Assembly: GCA_019429005.1 (NCBI GenBank) | Contig: JAHYJR010000005.1 | Coordinates: 1-64,000, forward strand | Direction: 5' to 3' | From: Nanobdellati archaeon | GTDB taxonomy: Archaea > EX4484-52 > GLR71 | Length of the DNA stretch: 64,000 nucleotides | In this document: piece after piece, positions 1-9,489 of the stretch | How positions within the stretch are numbered: the stretch's first letter is position 1 | Layout of the letters: each line of letters opens with the position of its first letter | Translations under genes and position numbers: made by a program | The notes under the pieces: generated by a model | What the model was told of the DNA's origin: nothing | The model's input: only the letters and a program-made list of their open reading frames with translations | Database searches by the model: none

Positions 1-753
1 AAAAATATTCATATTCTAACCAATCCTTATTTGCATCTAAGTATTCTTTAGCATCGTTAGATGTATGAAAACTTGCTTTATCAATTATTAAAAATACTTT
101 GTGGTTTATATCTTTTTTGAATTTTTTTAACGAGTCTATAAATGAAATCGTGTTTTGTTTTTCTCCTAAATCATAATGATAAAACGTATTATTTTCAGTA
201 TAAAAACCTCCTATATTAATCTTTGTTTGAGTCCGTGATATGTATTTTATTGGTTTTGAACCTATTTGTGCCCAAACTCTGGATTTATCTATTTCTAATT
301 TTATTGAACATTCATCATGACAAACTAGTTTGTATTCTTCACCCAATAAATTTCTTTTTTTTTAACAGTTGTTAGAAATTCTTGAGTTAACGCCTCATTT
401 CTACGCTTACTTCGTGGCCTGCATACGATTTTTTTAAATCCCATTATATTAAGAAGTTCTTGTATTCGTCTTAAAGAATATTTTATTCCATATTTTGTTA
501 AGATGTGTTTGTACACATCTTTGGTTTGCCAACCACGATTATAACCATCATCAGTTTTTATTGGAATTTCTATATCTGATTTTAATTCAATCAACTGATC
601 TTTAGTTAATAATGATTTTAGACCTCTACCTTTCTTGATTTTTAAATTTTTAAGACCTTCAGAATTAATTTGACTAATCCAATTATAAACAGTAGCTAAA
701 CTTACTGAAAGTTTATTTGCAACCGTTATTGGTGCATTATTTTCTTTAATCAA
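1..753 (-). CDS. IS630-family transposase (HTH + DDE joined by a -1 frameshift; 3' truncated by window)
   Basis: OrfA has HTH/wHTH motifs (VSLATVYNWI, GW..KDV, YSLRRIQELL..MGF). After the A9 run at 355-363 the -1 frame reads ...LVCHDECSI...RVWAQIGSKP...VFLIIDKASFH..., typical of IS630 DDE domains, and stays open to position 1. Confidence 0.88.
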
Positions 754-903
754 TAAACCTGCTTGAAGCTTCTTTTTTGCAAATTTATCAGTTTCATTAT
801 TGATTGCATCAATAATATTTTCAGAGGTAAAAGGTATAATTTCATACTATCTATTTAGTTTTTGATGTAAATATGTTTTCTAAGTATTTATCGCACAGAC
901 TAC
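1..903 (-). mobile_element. IS630-family insertion sequence (partial, runs off window start)
   Basis: HTH ORF 325..753 plus a DDE domain in the -1 frame. The right boundary is a guess at TAGTCTGTGCGATAAATA near 886-903; the other end is outside the window, so TIRs cannot be confirmed. Confidence 0.8.
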
Positions 904-943
904 ACAACGATATTTATATATACTGATATAGCAATATATAGTT

Positions 944-1828
944 ATGGTTAATAAATTTGATATTGGCATTTTAACAATTTTGATTTTTGTTATGTTTCTG
1001 AATCCTTCAGTTTTTGCGGCAACAATAACGAGTAATGTTACCGTTGATATTAATATTAGTGCAATAGGGGTTCTAGTGGTTACTCCAACCACACTTTCTT
1101 GGTCCGATATGAGTCCTGGTAGTGATGGTTCTGTGGAAAATATTAGGATTAAGAATACTGGTTCTATTAATGTGAGTAATATATATCTTGATACAAGCAC
1201 TATTGTTGATGAAGACAAAAATCCACTTTTAACCGCATCTGCAATTAATTATTCTGCGGCTGGTTTTATCCTTGTGCAAAACTCAACAGATACTGAGTAT
1301 TATCATGCAGGTCGTCTTGAATGGAATCTTTCAACTGTTTTAACTGATGAGGTATTAGATTTGGGAGGATCAACTGAAGTTTTCGGCCACGGTTGGTATC
1401 GTAATGCAACTGGCAATGAATATCTTTGGAAAGTTGAGAATGGAACAAATGGTTTATGTAATAATACAGGTACAACATTTAATATCAAAAACGCACCTGA
1501 AAACATAACAGATGTTAATCGTGATCTTTCAACAGGGTTATCTACTTGTGGTTCTGTTACAGCTGGTACAAATTGGGGTACTTTTGCTTGTACTGATGGC
1601 CCTCTTAGCGGACAGTGTGTTGCTACATCAACAGCTTGTGATAAAATACATATATACAAATATAATATGGCATCTAGCTTTCCTGCTTGTGCAAACGCGG
1701 TGTATCTGATGGAAGATAATCTTATACCTGGAGCAGAAACTTTTATTGATGTGTTTGCATCAATACCAATGGGTATGCCTTCTGGTGATACTGCTCAAGG
1801 TACGCTTACAATTACTGCAACATATTAA
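944..1828 (+). CDS. secreted beta-rich surface protein, copy A
   Basis: Sec signal peptide (..NPSVFA|A), 6 Cys, many N-x-S/T sequons, C-terminal GTLTITATY, no membrane anchor; TATA-like TTTATATA upstream. Confidence 0.85.
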   Translation: MVNKFDIGILTILIFVMFLNPSVFAATITSNVTVDINISAIGVLVVTPTTLSWSDMSPGSDGSVENIRIKNTGSINVSNIYLDTSTIVDEDKNPLLTASAINYSAAGFILVQNSTDTEYYHAGRLEWNLSTVLTDEVLDLGGSTEVFGHGWYRNATGNEYLWKVENGTNGLCNNTGTTFNIKNAPENITDVNRDLSTGLSTCGSVTAGTNWGTFACTDGPLSGQCVATSTACDKIHIYKYNMASSFPACANAVYLMEDNLIPGAETFIDVFASIPMGMPSGDTAQGTLTITATY

Positions 1829-1843
1829 TTGTTATTTTAATTT

Positions 1844-1873
1844 GAACAGGGTAAAACTTGTTCTTCTTTATTT
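1844..1873 (+). terminator. hairpin + T-rich tract after copy A
   Basis: GAACAGG/CTTGTTC stem followed by TTCTTTTATT. Confidence 0.4.
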
Positions 1874-2044
1874 TAAGATTAATCTGTTTTAGTGAAAGTA
1901 TATAAACTGGATTATCTATTATTATAGTATTGTTGTTATTGTTTAATCTAAATTATTTTTGTTGTGTATAACCGAAATGTATATAAAGACGGATTAACAA
2001 TTACATTATTATAACCTAAATTTATAATTATTAGGCGTCTATTT

Positions 2045-2929
2045 ATGGATATTAAATATACTATTGGTTTATTTACTATTCTTATTTTTATTCTTTTTAA
2101 TAATACATTTGCGTTAGCAGCAGAGACTTCAGATACAATTACAGTAAATGTTAACATTAGTTCAGTTGGACTTATTGTAGTTACACCAACTGCACTTTCA
2201 TGGCTTGCTTTAAATCCTGGTAGTGATGGTTCTGTGGAAAATATTCGGATTAAGAATATTGGTTCTATTAATGTGAGTAATATATATCTTGATACGAGCA
2301 CTATTGTTGATGAAGACACAAATCCACTTTTAACTGCATCTGCAATTTATTATTCTGCAGCGGGTTTTATTTTTGTACAAAATACAACAGATACTGAGTA
2401 TTATCATGCAGGTCGTCTTGAATGGAATCTTTCAACTGTTTTAACTGATGAGGTATTAGATTTAGGAGGATCAACTGAAGTTTTCGGCCACGGTTGGTAT
2501 CGTAATGCAACTGGCAATGAATATCTTTGGAAAGTTGAGAATGGAACAAATGGTTTATGTAATAATACAGGTACAACATTTAATATCAAAAACGCACCTG
2601 AAAACATAACAGATGTTAATCGTGATCTTTCAACAGGGTTATCTACTTGTGGTTCTGTTACAGCTGGTACAAATTGGGGTACTTTTGCTTGTACTGATGG
2701 CCCTCTTAGCGGACAGTGTGTTGCTACATCAACAGCTTGTGATAAAATACATATATACAAATATAATATAGCATCTAGCTTTCCTGCTTGTGCAAACGCG
2801 GTGTATCTGATGGAAGATAATCTTATACCTGGAGCAGAAACTTTTATTTATGTATTCGCTTCAATACCTCTTGGTATGCCTTCCGGTGATGCGATTCAAG
2901 GTACTCTTACAATTACAGCGACATATTGA
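2045..2929 (+). CDS. secreted beta-rich surface protein, copy B (tandem paralog)
   Basis: Same length (294 aa) as 944..1828, near-identical core, divergent signal peptide and N-terminus. Confidence 0.85.
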   Translation: MDIKYTIGLFTILIFILFNNTFALAAETSDTITVNVNISSVGLIVVTPTALSWLALNPGSDGSVENIRIKNIGSINVSNIYLDTSTIVDEDTNPLLTASAIYYSAAGFIFVQNTTDTEYYHAGRLEWNLSTVLTDEVLDLGGSTEVFGHGWYRNATGNEYLWKVENGTNGLCNNTGTTFNIKNAPENITDVNRDLSTGLSTCGSVTAGTNWGTFACTDGPLSGQCVATSTACDKIHIYKYNIASSFPACANAVYLMEDNLIPGAETFIYVFASIPLGMPSGDAIQGTLTITATY

Positions 2930-3487
2930 TATTATATATTGATATCCTAATTAATTGAATCATAAGGCTGATTTATTTTAATCTTTTTTTTGGTTTTTTA
3001 TGTATGTCTTTAGCTATGTTGTGCGTTATGTTTTACAAACAATTTAACTGTGATATTCAAGTTAATGTTACGTTCTTAGATTCTACTCTAATTGCGTATG
3101 TGTTACCTAATAAAATATATTTTAGATATATAGATATATAGACTTTTACAAACAACCTAGAAAGTAACCAAAAACAAGCATTTATCTAATTAGCCCTTTT
3201 TCTTATTATTGAATTAAATGTATTCTATTTAGTCAATAGTGTGTTTTATTGCTTTGTGTATTGTATCTAAACAAAGGAGATAATTACGTTTGCAGTAAAT
3301 CTATATCTTCTTGCGTGTATGTGCAAAGTATTTAATGCAATAATCTTAGTTTTGAATTGAAATGGGTTTAAATCTTAGAAAGGATGTTATTTAGAACTAA
3401 GTTATATTGAGTCTTTGTTTAAAAACTTCATAGATTGAAGTATCTTGAAGCGTTAATTTTTAAGAATTATGAGGTTTTATCTAGTCT

Positions 3488-4408
3488 TTATTCTATATAC
3501 TTCGTTTGTTTTAATGTGGTTTCAATTTGTTCAATTGCAGTAAATGTGTCTGCTGGTGAATAGATTAAATCTGTTGCAGTTCCATTTACAACGCAAGTTT
3601 TAAGGTAATTTATTCTTCTATTTATGTCAGATGTGTCACTAATACGTTCTGCAAGATAGTTTATATCAAGTTCATCCGCATATAATGCAATCATATTTGC
3701 GACGTCAGAGATATCATTATCTCGTGGAAGGTAATTCAAATCTTTAACTCTTAGTTTTGTTGCAATTATATCTTCTTTTGCAACGACTGGACAGGAAATA
3801 CCACTAACATCTATATATTCTATTCTATCTTGTTGATCTTCTGTCATTATAAGTCCAGAAGTTCCAATATAATTATCTTTTTTGAATGCATCTATGTGTG
3901 TACCATTGTATTTTATAGTATATTTATTGCCCCTATCTTGTTTATTGTAACCATCAAGTGTTTTTTTAAGTGTGGCTTCATTAAAATATACAAAATCCAT
4001 GTCATGTGTATCTCTTATACGTTTTCTAGCATCTTCAAAAGTGAGATTGTGTTTTTCCATTATACCTGAAAGAAGATAAAGTCTTGATGCACTACCGCCA
4101 ATTAACGCTAAATCTGCATTACTTGTATCTGTTTTATTATATGTATATACAAGCTTGAGTGTATCTAGCTCTTCTTGCTGTAAGTATGGTATGATATCAT
4201 ACGCAGGGGTAGTAGCAAGTGACGTATTTGTATTGTAAGAGTTTGTATTGTTATAATCGCTCACTGGTGTATAGAATCCATTGCTTGTATCTGTGTATTG
4301 TGCTGTAATAGGGTTTTGAAATATCGGATTATCTAGTTCTGTTGTCCAAAACTGAACGTGTCCTATGTCTGAAATTTGATCTAATATATCAAAATCTATA
4401 TTTTGCAT
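3488..4408 (-). CDS. putative nucleotidyltransferase (pol-beta fold, AbiEii/DUF6036-like) with low-complexity N-terminus
   Basis: LIGGSA, RDTHDMDFV (R.T.D.D) and VVAKEDIIATKLR...RDNDISD motifs. Confidence 0.65.
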   Translation of the reverse strand: MQNIDFDILDQISDIGHVQFWTTELDNPIFQNPITAQYTDTSNGFYTPVSDYNNTNSYNTNTSLATTPAYDIIPYLQQEELDTLKLVYTYNKTDTSNADLALIGGSASRLYLLSGIMEKHNLTFEDARKRIRDTHDMDFVYFNEATLKKTLDGYNKQDRGNKYTIKYNGTHIDAFKKDNYIGTSGLIMTEDQQDRIEYIDVSGISCPVVAKEDIIATKLRVKDLNYLPRDNDISDVANMIALYADELDINYLAERISDTSDINRRINYLKTCVVNGTATDLIYSPADTFTAIEQIETTLKQTKYIE

Positions 4409-4517
4409 ATTTACACCAATTTATTTATGTAAATTTAACTTTTTAAATCTATTTTATGAGTATTTTTATAGAAAAGAACTAGTTTAAACGTTTTAAATGT
4501 ATTATTAAATTAAATAA

Positions 4518-4642
4518 TGCAGGGGAAGGGATTCGAACCCTCGAAGAACCTACGTTCACAGGATCTTAAGTCCTGCGCCTTTTGTCGAAAACAATCTAAA
4601 AAAGCTCAGAATGTCTCTTTAACCAGGCTAGGCGACCCCTGC
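4518..4642 (-). tRNA. tRNA-Leu(TAA) with a ~38-40 nt intron in the D-loop (about 4581..4620)
   Basis: Acceptor GCAGGGG/CCCCTGC+A, anticodon arm CAGGA-CTTAAGA-TCCTG, long variable arm, GGTTCGAATCC; insertion between CCTGGTT and AGGCG. Confidence 0.93.
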
Positions 4643-4674
4643 AAGTATTATAATTAATACTTTGTACGGATTAT

Positions 4675-5439
4675 TTATTTAATTTGCGCCTTTAATTCAG
4701 AAAGATTCTTTTTTGTGATATCGATTGCAGATAGTACTAGTTCTTCTGTATTAAGGCCAGATATAGACTCTATTATAAAGATTATGTGTGTTTGATCACT
4801 TTCTAAACTTAATGCATTATTTGGACATGCGTTTACACAAGTCTTGTCGAGATCACATTTATAAGGATTTAGTTTAAAATCTTCACCTATTGCACCTTTA
4901 GGACATGCTTTTACACAAGCACCACATTTTTTGCAGTCTTTGTTTCGCGTTAATGTAGGGAAATATTTATATCCGACAATTCCACCAGTCCATTTGCTGT
5001 GTTCATTTCCAGAACCAAGGATTGCTCTCATTTCAATATAGATTTCTTGATTTTCAAGAAGTTTAACAATAATTATATCTCCATCTGTTGAAAAAACATT
5101 AGGGTCTGTTGATTTTAGGTCTTTAGCATAAACATTGCAAGGTCCTGTCTTTTTCAAAATAAAAGTTACTTGACATTTTTCACAACCATTTTCACATTTA
5201 CAATCCTTTTTATTAACATAATCGTTAGTGTTAAAGTTAAGTGGTATAAGACCTAATTTGTGTGCAAGTATCTCATCATATAGTGCAGATGTATTGTATA
5301 CGACATCTACATCTTCAATGGTTAATGTTTGTACTTTACTAATAATATTTCTTCTAATCATATTCGCAAAAGCAGGACTTATGTCCGTTACTTCAAATTT
5401 CAGAATATTGTCTTGTTTTTCAATGATTTTTATATCCAT
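4675..5439 (-). CDS. rpoD: DNA-directed RNA polymerase subunit D (Rpo3) with 4Fe-4S ferredoxin-like domain
   Basis: FANMIRR, LYDEILAHKLGLIPL, HSKW, CKKCGACVKACP; last gene of the alpha operon. Confidence 0.96.
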   Translation of the reverse strand: MDIKIIEKQDNILKFEVTDISPAFANMIRRNIISKVQTLTIEDVDVVYNTSALYDEILAHKLGLIPLNFNTNDYVNKKDCKCENGCEKCQVTFILKKTGPCNVYAKDLKSTDPNVFSTDGDIIIVKLLENQEIYIEMRAILGSGNEHSKWTGGIVGYKYFPTLTRNKDCKKCGACVKACPKGAIGEDFKLNPYKCDLDKTCVNACPNNALSLESDQTHIIFIIESISGLNTEELVLSAIDITKKNLSELKAQIK

Positions 5440-5457
5440 TGTAGAACTACCTTATTT

Positions 5458-5931
5458 TTATACTCTTCTACCACGTCTTCCACCTTTTTTACGGGTTTTA
5501 TCGTGTGGTATTGGTGTGACGTCGTCAATTTTTCCAATTTTTAAACCTGCTCTGATTAATGCTCTTATTGCAGGTTGTGCACCTTGACCTGGTGTTTTTG
5601 ATTTATTGCCTCCTGGTGCTCTAACTCTTATATGGACATTTGTTATGCCTTTTTCAATTGCATCTTCACCAGCACGGCTTGCAGCTTGCATTGCAGGATA
5701 AGGTTTGCCTTGTTGGCTTCCTTTATCTGTAATAGTACCACTACTACATTTTGCGATTGTTTCTGCACCTGTTATATCTGTTATATTGATAATTGTATTA
5801 TTTGAACTACTGTAAATGTGTGTAACACCCCATCTAACAGGGATTACTTTTTTTTGAGGAGCTTGTGGGATTACAGTTTCAGTCTTTTCAATTTCCGGTT
5901 TTATCTCAGAACTTATATCTTTATCACTCAT
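5458..5931 (-). CDS. rps11: 30S ribosomal protein S11
   Basis: [31 protein letters not shown]. Confidence 0.97.
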   Translation of the reverse strand: MSDKDISSEIKPEIEKTETVIPQAPQKKVIPVRWGVTHIYSSSNNTIINITDITGAETIAKCSSGTITDKGSQQGKPYPAMQAASRAGEDAIEKGITNVHIRVRAPGGNKSKTPGQGAQPAIRALIRAGLKIGKIDDVTPIPHDKTRKKGGRRGRRV

Positions 5932-6523
5932 TTATCTCACTCTCAATACTCAATATTTCTTTTTTATCTTCAGGTTTAGCAACAACATAATCTTTTTTAA
6001 CTGGTTTTTCTGTTACTGTCTTTTTTTCAATTTTAACAAAAGATTTATTTAATTTTGATTTTATTTTAAATTTAATTTTACTTTCTTCTCCTTTTTTGAT
6101 TATGTAACTTGGGGATGTTACTTTAATATCATCAACATATATATGACCATGTACTATGAATTGTCGTGCTTGTTTAACTGTATTTGCAAAACCCATTTTA
6201 ACGACTTGTGTCTGTATACGTCTTTCAAGAATTGCATTTGTAGGTAAAACTAATACGGCATTTAATGTTATTTTTTCCCCATTTAACAAATCTATTTTAG
6301 CAACTTTATCTAATATTGATTGTTCCATATCTTTATTTTTAGATGCTATAACATCTCTTGAAAGTCTTTTTAATTTACTGATTTTTGCTTCAGATTTCCA
6401 TAATTCTTTTTTATTCTTAAGTCCGTATTTGCTTACAATCTTTTTTTCAGCCATAATTCTATCTTTATCATAAGGTTTTTGTGGTCTTTTGTATGTTTTT
6501 GTTGGTTTCTTTGGATCTCCCAT
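5924..6523 (-). CDS. rps4: 30S ribosomal protein S4
   Basis: [34 protein letters not shown]. Confidence 0.97.
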   Translation of the reverse strand: MGDPKKPTKTYKRPQKPYDKDRIMAEKKIVSKYGLKNKKELWKSEAKISKLKRLSRDVIASKNKDMEQSILDKVAKIDLLNGEKITLNAVLVLPTNAILERRIQTQVVKMGFANTVKQARQFIVHGHIYVDDIKVTSPSYIIKKGEESKIKFKIKSKLNKSFVKIEKKTVTEKPVKKDYVVAKPEDKKEILSIESEINE

Positions 6524-6540
6524 AAATATCACTCATTTAA

Positions 6541-6993
6541 TTATTTTTTCTTTCTAGATGCTGTTGCACCTTTAGATCTAAAGGACGATTTAGTTCTTTG
6601 TCCTCTCATTGTAAGACCAAGTTCGTGTCTGATACCTCTATATGAACGGATTTTTTTAAGTGTATTGACATCTTCTCTTAAGAATAATTTTATGTCTGTT
6701 TCAGTTATGTGTATATTATCTCCTGTAAGTGGATCATTCCGTCTATTATATAACCATGATGGTATTTTATATTTCTCAGGATCATCAATTATATTTTCTA
6801 ATAATTGAATTTGTTTTTCATCAATGTCTTTAAGCTTATTGCTTTCATCAATTTTAGATACACTAACAACAGCTTTTGCAAAATTGTAACCTACACCTTT
6901 AATTTTTGTTAATGCTATTGCTATGCTTTTATTACCTTTAAGATCAGCACCTTTAACTCTTACAATATCTGCATAATTTTTTGTTACTGCCAT
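6541..6993 (-). CDS. rps13: 30S ribosomal protein S13
   Basis: LTKIKGVG, PSWLYNRRND, SYRGIRHELGLTMRGQRTKS. Confidence 0.97.
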   Translation of the reverse strand: MAVTKNYADIVRVKGADLKGNKSIAIALTKIKGVGYNFAKAVVSVSKIDESNKLKDIDEKQIQLLENIIDDPEKYKIPSWLYNRRNDPLTGDNIHITETDIKLFLREDVNTLKKIRSYRGIRHELGLTMRGQRTKSSFRSKGATASRKKK

Positions 6994-7093
6994 TTGTTTC
7001 AACCTTTAGTGTTTTTATGTTATTTTTTTAAGTTTACTCAGTAATCTTTTTAAATATATTGATATTTGCTTTTTTATTGTTTTATCGCGATTT

Positions 7094-7204
7094 TGGCGCT
7101 GGGAGAGTGATTCGAACACTCGCGGGCCAAAGGCCCACAGGATTTCATGAAATATACTAAATATCTCTCAAGTCCTGCGCTCTACCAGGCTAAGCCACCC
7201 CAGC
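7094..7204 (-). tRNA. tRNA-Ser(TGA) with 23-nt intron at 37/38 (7144..7166), CCA encoded
   Basis: GCTGGGG acceptor, CAGGA-CTTGAG[intron]A-TCCTG, variable arm GGGCCTTTGGCCC, GTTCGAATC, ends G-CCA. Confidence 0.94.
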
Positions 7205-7214
7205 ATTTATCTAA

Positions 7215-7421
7215 TTAAATTTTAATTTCATGTTTAAATTTAGTTTTTTCAGCATCTTTTAATATCCATGCATCATCTATTAGCATATTTGGTATATCAT
7301 TATCAAGTATTGGATATGCAAGTTTACATTTTTTGCATATTATAAACATATCCTTTTCTTCTATATCACTTTTACATTTTGGACAAGCCATTATTTTTAT
7401 AAGATCTTTAGGTACTGGCAT
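7215..7421 (-). CDS. Trm112-family methyltransferase activator
   Basis: IMACPKCK...CKKCKLAYPILDNDIPNML. Confidence 0.85.
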   Translation of the reverse strand: MPVPKDLIKIMACPKCKSDIEEKDMFIICKKCKLAYPILDNDIPNMLIDDAWILKDAEKTKFKHEIKI

Positions 7422-7439
7422 ATTATAACCCTTTAATTA

Positions 7440-8414
7440 TTACGCTGTTTTCCACATTTTTGGATATGTGTCTTGTTTGATTATGATTCTAGTTGTTTTT
7501 GAAACAACACCTTTTCGTTTAAATTCCATATCTTTTGAAGTCATTTGCGCACTTCCAAGTGCAACAAGTTCTCCTTTAAGGCTCATTATTGCGATGATTT
7601 CATCTGTTGATATGTTTTTATTGAATTTTACAAGTCCTACAATATGTAATGGTGCACCATGTGCAATTGCTGACACCGCACTATCTTTTATTATAACTTT
7701 TTTTAGGTGTTGAACACCAAATTCAATAGGTTTTATGATTTCTCTTAAATATTTTTCTTCGCCCGATTCTTTCCAAAACATGTATGCATCTTTTAAATCA
7801 TGAAGTATAATTGTTTTATCTTCTTTAAATGGTCCTGCTCGTGTACGCCTTAATTCATGCATGTGTGCATTAACACCTAGTTTTTTCCCAATATCAACAC
7901 AAAGTGTTCGAATATACGTGCCTGCTTCAACAGATGTTCTAAAAAGAACATCTTGACCGTCTATTTCTAAAATATTAAGACTGTATATGTGCCTATCACG
8001 AAGTTCGCGTTTTACTGCACTTTTTACAGGTGGCATTTGTGTTATTATTCCAACAAAATCGTTCATTACAGTTCTTATTTGATTTTCATCAACTTCTTTA
8101 TGTAAACGCATTATTGCAACATACTCTTTGCCTGAGTTTAATAATACGGGGATTATCTTAGTTGCATTATCAATTGTTGTTGGAAGTACCCCTGTAACAT
8201 GTGGATCTAATGTGCCTGAATGACCTACCTTTTTCGCACCAAGGATTTCTTTTACCCATGCTGCAACCTGATGTGAAGTTGGACCAGATGGTTTATCTAA
8301 TATAATTATACCATTTTTGATATGTTCTTCAATAGGTCGCTCATGTGGGTAATGACCATATTTCTCATTTGTTTCCTCGTCCTTTTTGACTACCCAAAGT
8401 GTTCTGTCTTCCAT
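7440..8414 (-). CDS. cbf5: H/ACA RNP / tRNA pseudouridine synthase Cbf5
   Basis: LDKPSGPTSHQV, GHSGTLDP, GTYIRTLC, C-terminal PUA domain. Confidence 0.96.
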   Translation of the reverse strand: MEDRTLWVVKKDEETNEKYGHYPHERPIEEHIKNGIIILDKPSGPTSHQVAAWVKEILGAKKVGHSGTLDPHVTGVLPTTIDNATKIIPVLLNSGKEYVAIMRLHKEVDENQIRTVMNDFVGIITQMPPVKSAVKRELRDRHIYSLNILEIDGQDVLFRTSVEAGTYIRTLCVDIGKKLGVNAHMHELRRTRAGPFKEDKTIILHDLKDAYMFWKESGEEKYLREIIKPIEFGVQHLKKVIIKDSAVSAIAHGAPLHIVGLVKFNKNISTDEIIAIMSLKGELVALGSAQMTSKDMEFKRKGVVSKTTRIIIKQDTYPKMWKTA

Positions 8415-8419
8415 TATTA

Positions 8420-8698
8420 TCAGTTAAATTTTATTCTTTCTTTCATTATTTCTGATAACTTTGAATCTTCAATAGTCTTAATAACTATGTCATCATCAGA
8501 TTTTTCTTTAATATCTAGGATTTTATTTGTTGGTTCCAAGTGTGCAATATTACATTTTTTTCGTTTTATTTTATTTAATGATTTTGGACCTGTTATTTCA
8601 ACAAAATTATCGTCAATCATTTCTGTGATCACACAGTATTTTCCTGCGTCTTTTCCTGCAGTTTTTATACAGATTCTTCCTACTGTGATTGCTGTCAT
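8420..8698 (-). CDS. rpl14e: 50S ribosomal protein L14e
   Basis: VGRICIKTAGKDAGKYCVI, CNIAHLEPT. Confidence 0.95.
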   Translation of the reverse strand: MTAITVGRICIKTAGKDAGKYCVITEMIDDNFVEITGPKSLNKIKRKKCNIAHLEPTNKILDIKEKSDDDIVIKTIEDSKLSEIMKERIKFN

Positions 8699-8722
8699 AT
8701 ATATCATCTCTATTTTTTTAAT

Positions 8723-8995
8723 CTATAATGTTATTGATCTTACCCTTTCTTTAATTTCCTGTTTTGTACAACTTGCACAAAGTTTACCACCGAAAACTCT
8801 TTCAGGACGTTTTTCAGTTTTTGCCATATTTTTAATTTTATTTGGCAAGTCTCTTGGTACACCATGAAGTTTATCTTTACATTTTGAACAATGTGCTATT
8901 TTTGGTTTTCGTGCAACAAAATGCATTTTATTTTCTCCACTAGGTGTTTTCAATTTAACTCTTCTTAATGAATGTGATCTATGTCGTGGTTTCAT
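8723..8995 (-). CDS. rpl34e: 50S ribosomal protein L34e
   Basis: RSHSLRR..KTPSG, CSKC, RPERVFGGKLCASC. Confidence 0.95.
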   Translation of the reverse strand: MKPRHRSHSLRRVKLKTPSGENKMHFVARKPKIAHCSKCKDKLHGVPRDLPNKIKNMAKTEKRPERVFGGKLCASCTKQEIKERVRSITL

Positions 8996-9029
8996 TTAAA
9001 TCCCTCTTTTTTTTAAATTATTATATTTA

Positions 9030-9458
9030 TTATTCAACGCCTAATACTTTTCTTAATACAATTGTTGTTGGAATTGAAATCATTATGTAAAATCCAAGCC
9101 ATCCTACAGTACCGCTTGAAGCAAGTAATGGTATGCTAAATGGTAATGTTACAATGAGACTTGAAAATGTTTTTGCAATCCATGGGAATGCGAGTAATAC
9201 AACAACCATTGATACCGCCATTGGTTTCATACTCATAGACATTTGCTTTTGACTCATACTTAAGCTTTTTTGTACAAGGGCATCTATCTCTTTTTGATTC
9301 TTTTCTTCTTGTGCTTTTTTAAGTTTTCCTCTTATTTTTAATGTTTCGCTTTTAAGATGTTTCATTTTTGTCTGATCGACAAGTTTTTTTTGTGCAATTG
9401 TAAATATTGATGCTATAATAATTGTTATTATTGTAAGTTGAATTATTGGTGTAACCAT
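9030..9458 (-). CDS. DUF106 / EMC3-TMCO1-like (Oxa1 superfamily) membrane insertase
   Basis: TM, coiled coil, SMKPM, further TM, W..FY motif; usual position after secY. Confidence 0.85.
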   Translation of the reverse strand: MVTPIIQLTIITIIIASIFTIAQKKLVDQTKMKHLKSETLKIRGKLKKAQEEKNQKEIDALVQKSLSMSQKQMSMSMKPMAVSMVVVLLAFPWIAKTFSSLIVTLPFSIPLLASSGTVGWLGFYIMISIPTTIVLRKVLGVE

Positions 9459-9489
9459 ATTATCACATTTAAGCTTTTAATTTATTTGC

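Larger units (their letters stand above)
1104..2929 (+). repeat. tandem gene duplication, offset 1101 nt
   Basis: 1284..1747 versus 2385..2848 differ at only two positions found by eye; flanking parts are more diverged. Confidence 0.9.

Noticed and set aside
880-2760. Minus-strand ORFs over the duplicated surface genes
   Set aside because: Antisense shadows that are duplicated only because the sense genes are.
2930-3487. ncRNA, origin or repeat array in the 550-nt gap
   Set aside because: Only short weak repeats (TTTTACAAA twice); no ORB motif, stable structure or ORF recognised.
4675-5439. Ferredoxin domain in RpoD as a novelty
   Set aside because: Fe-S-containing Rpo3 is well known in archaea.
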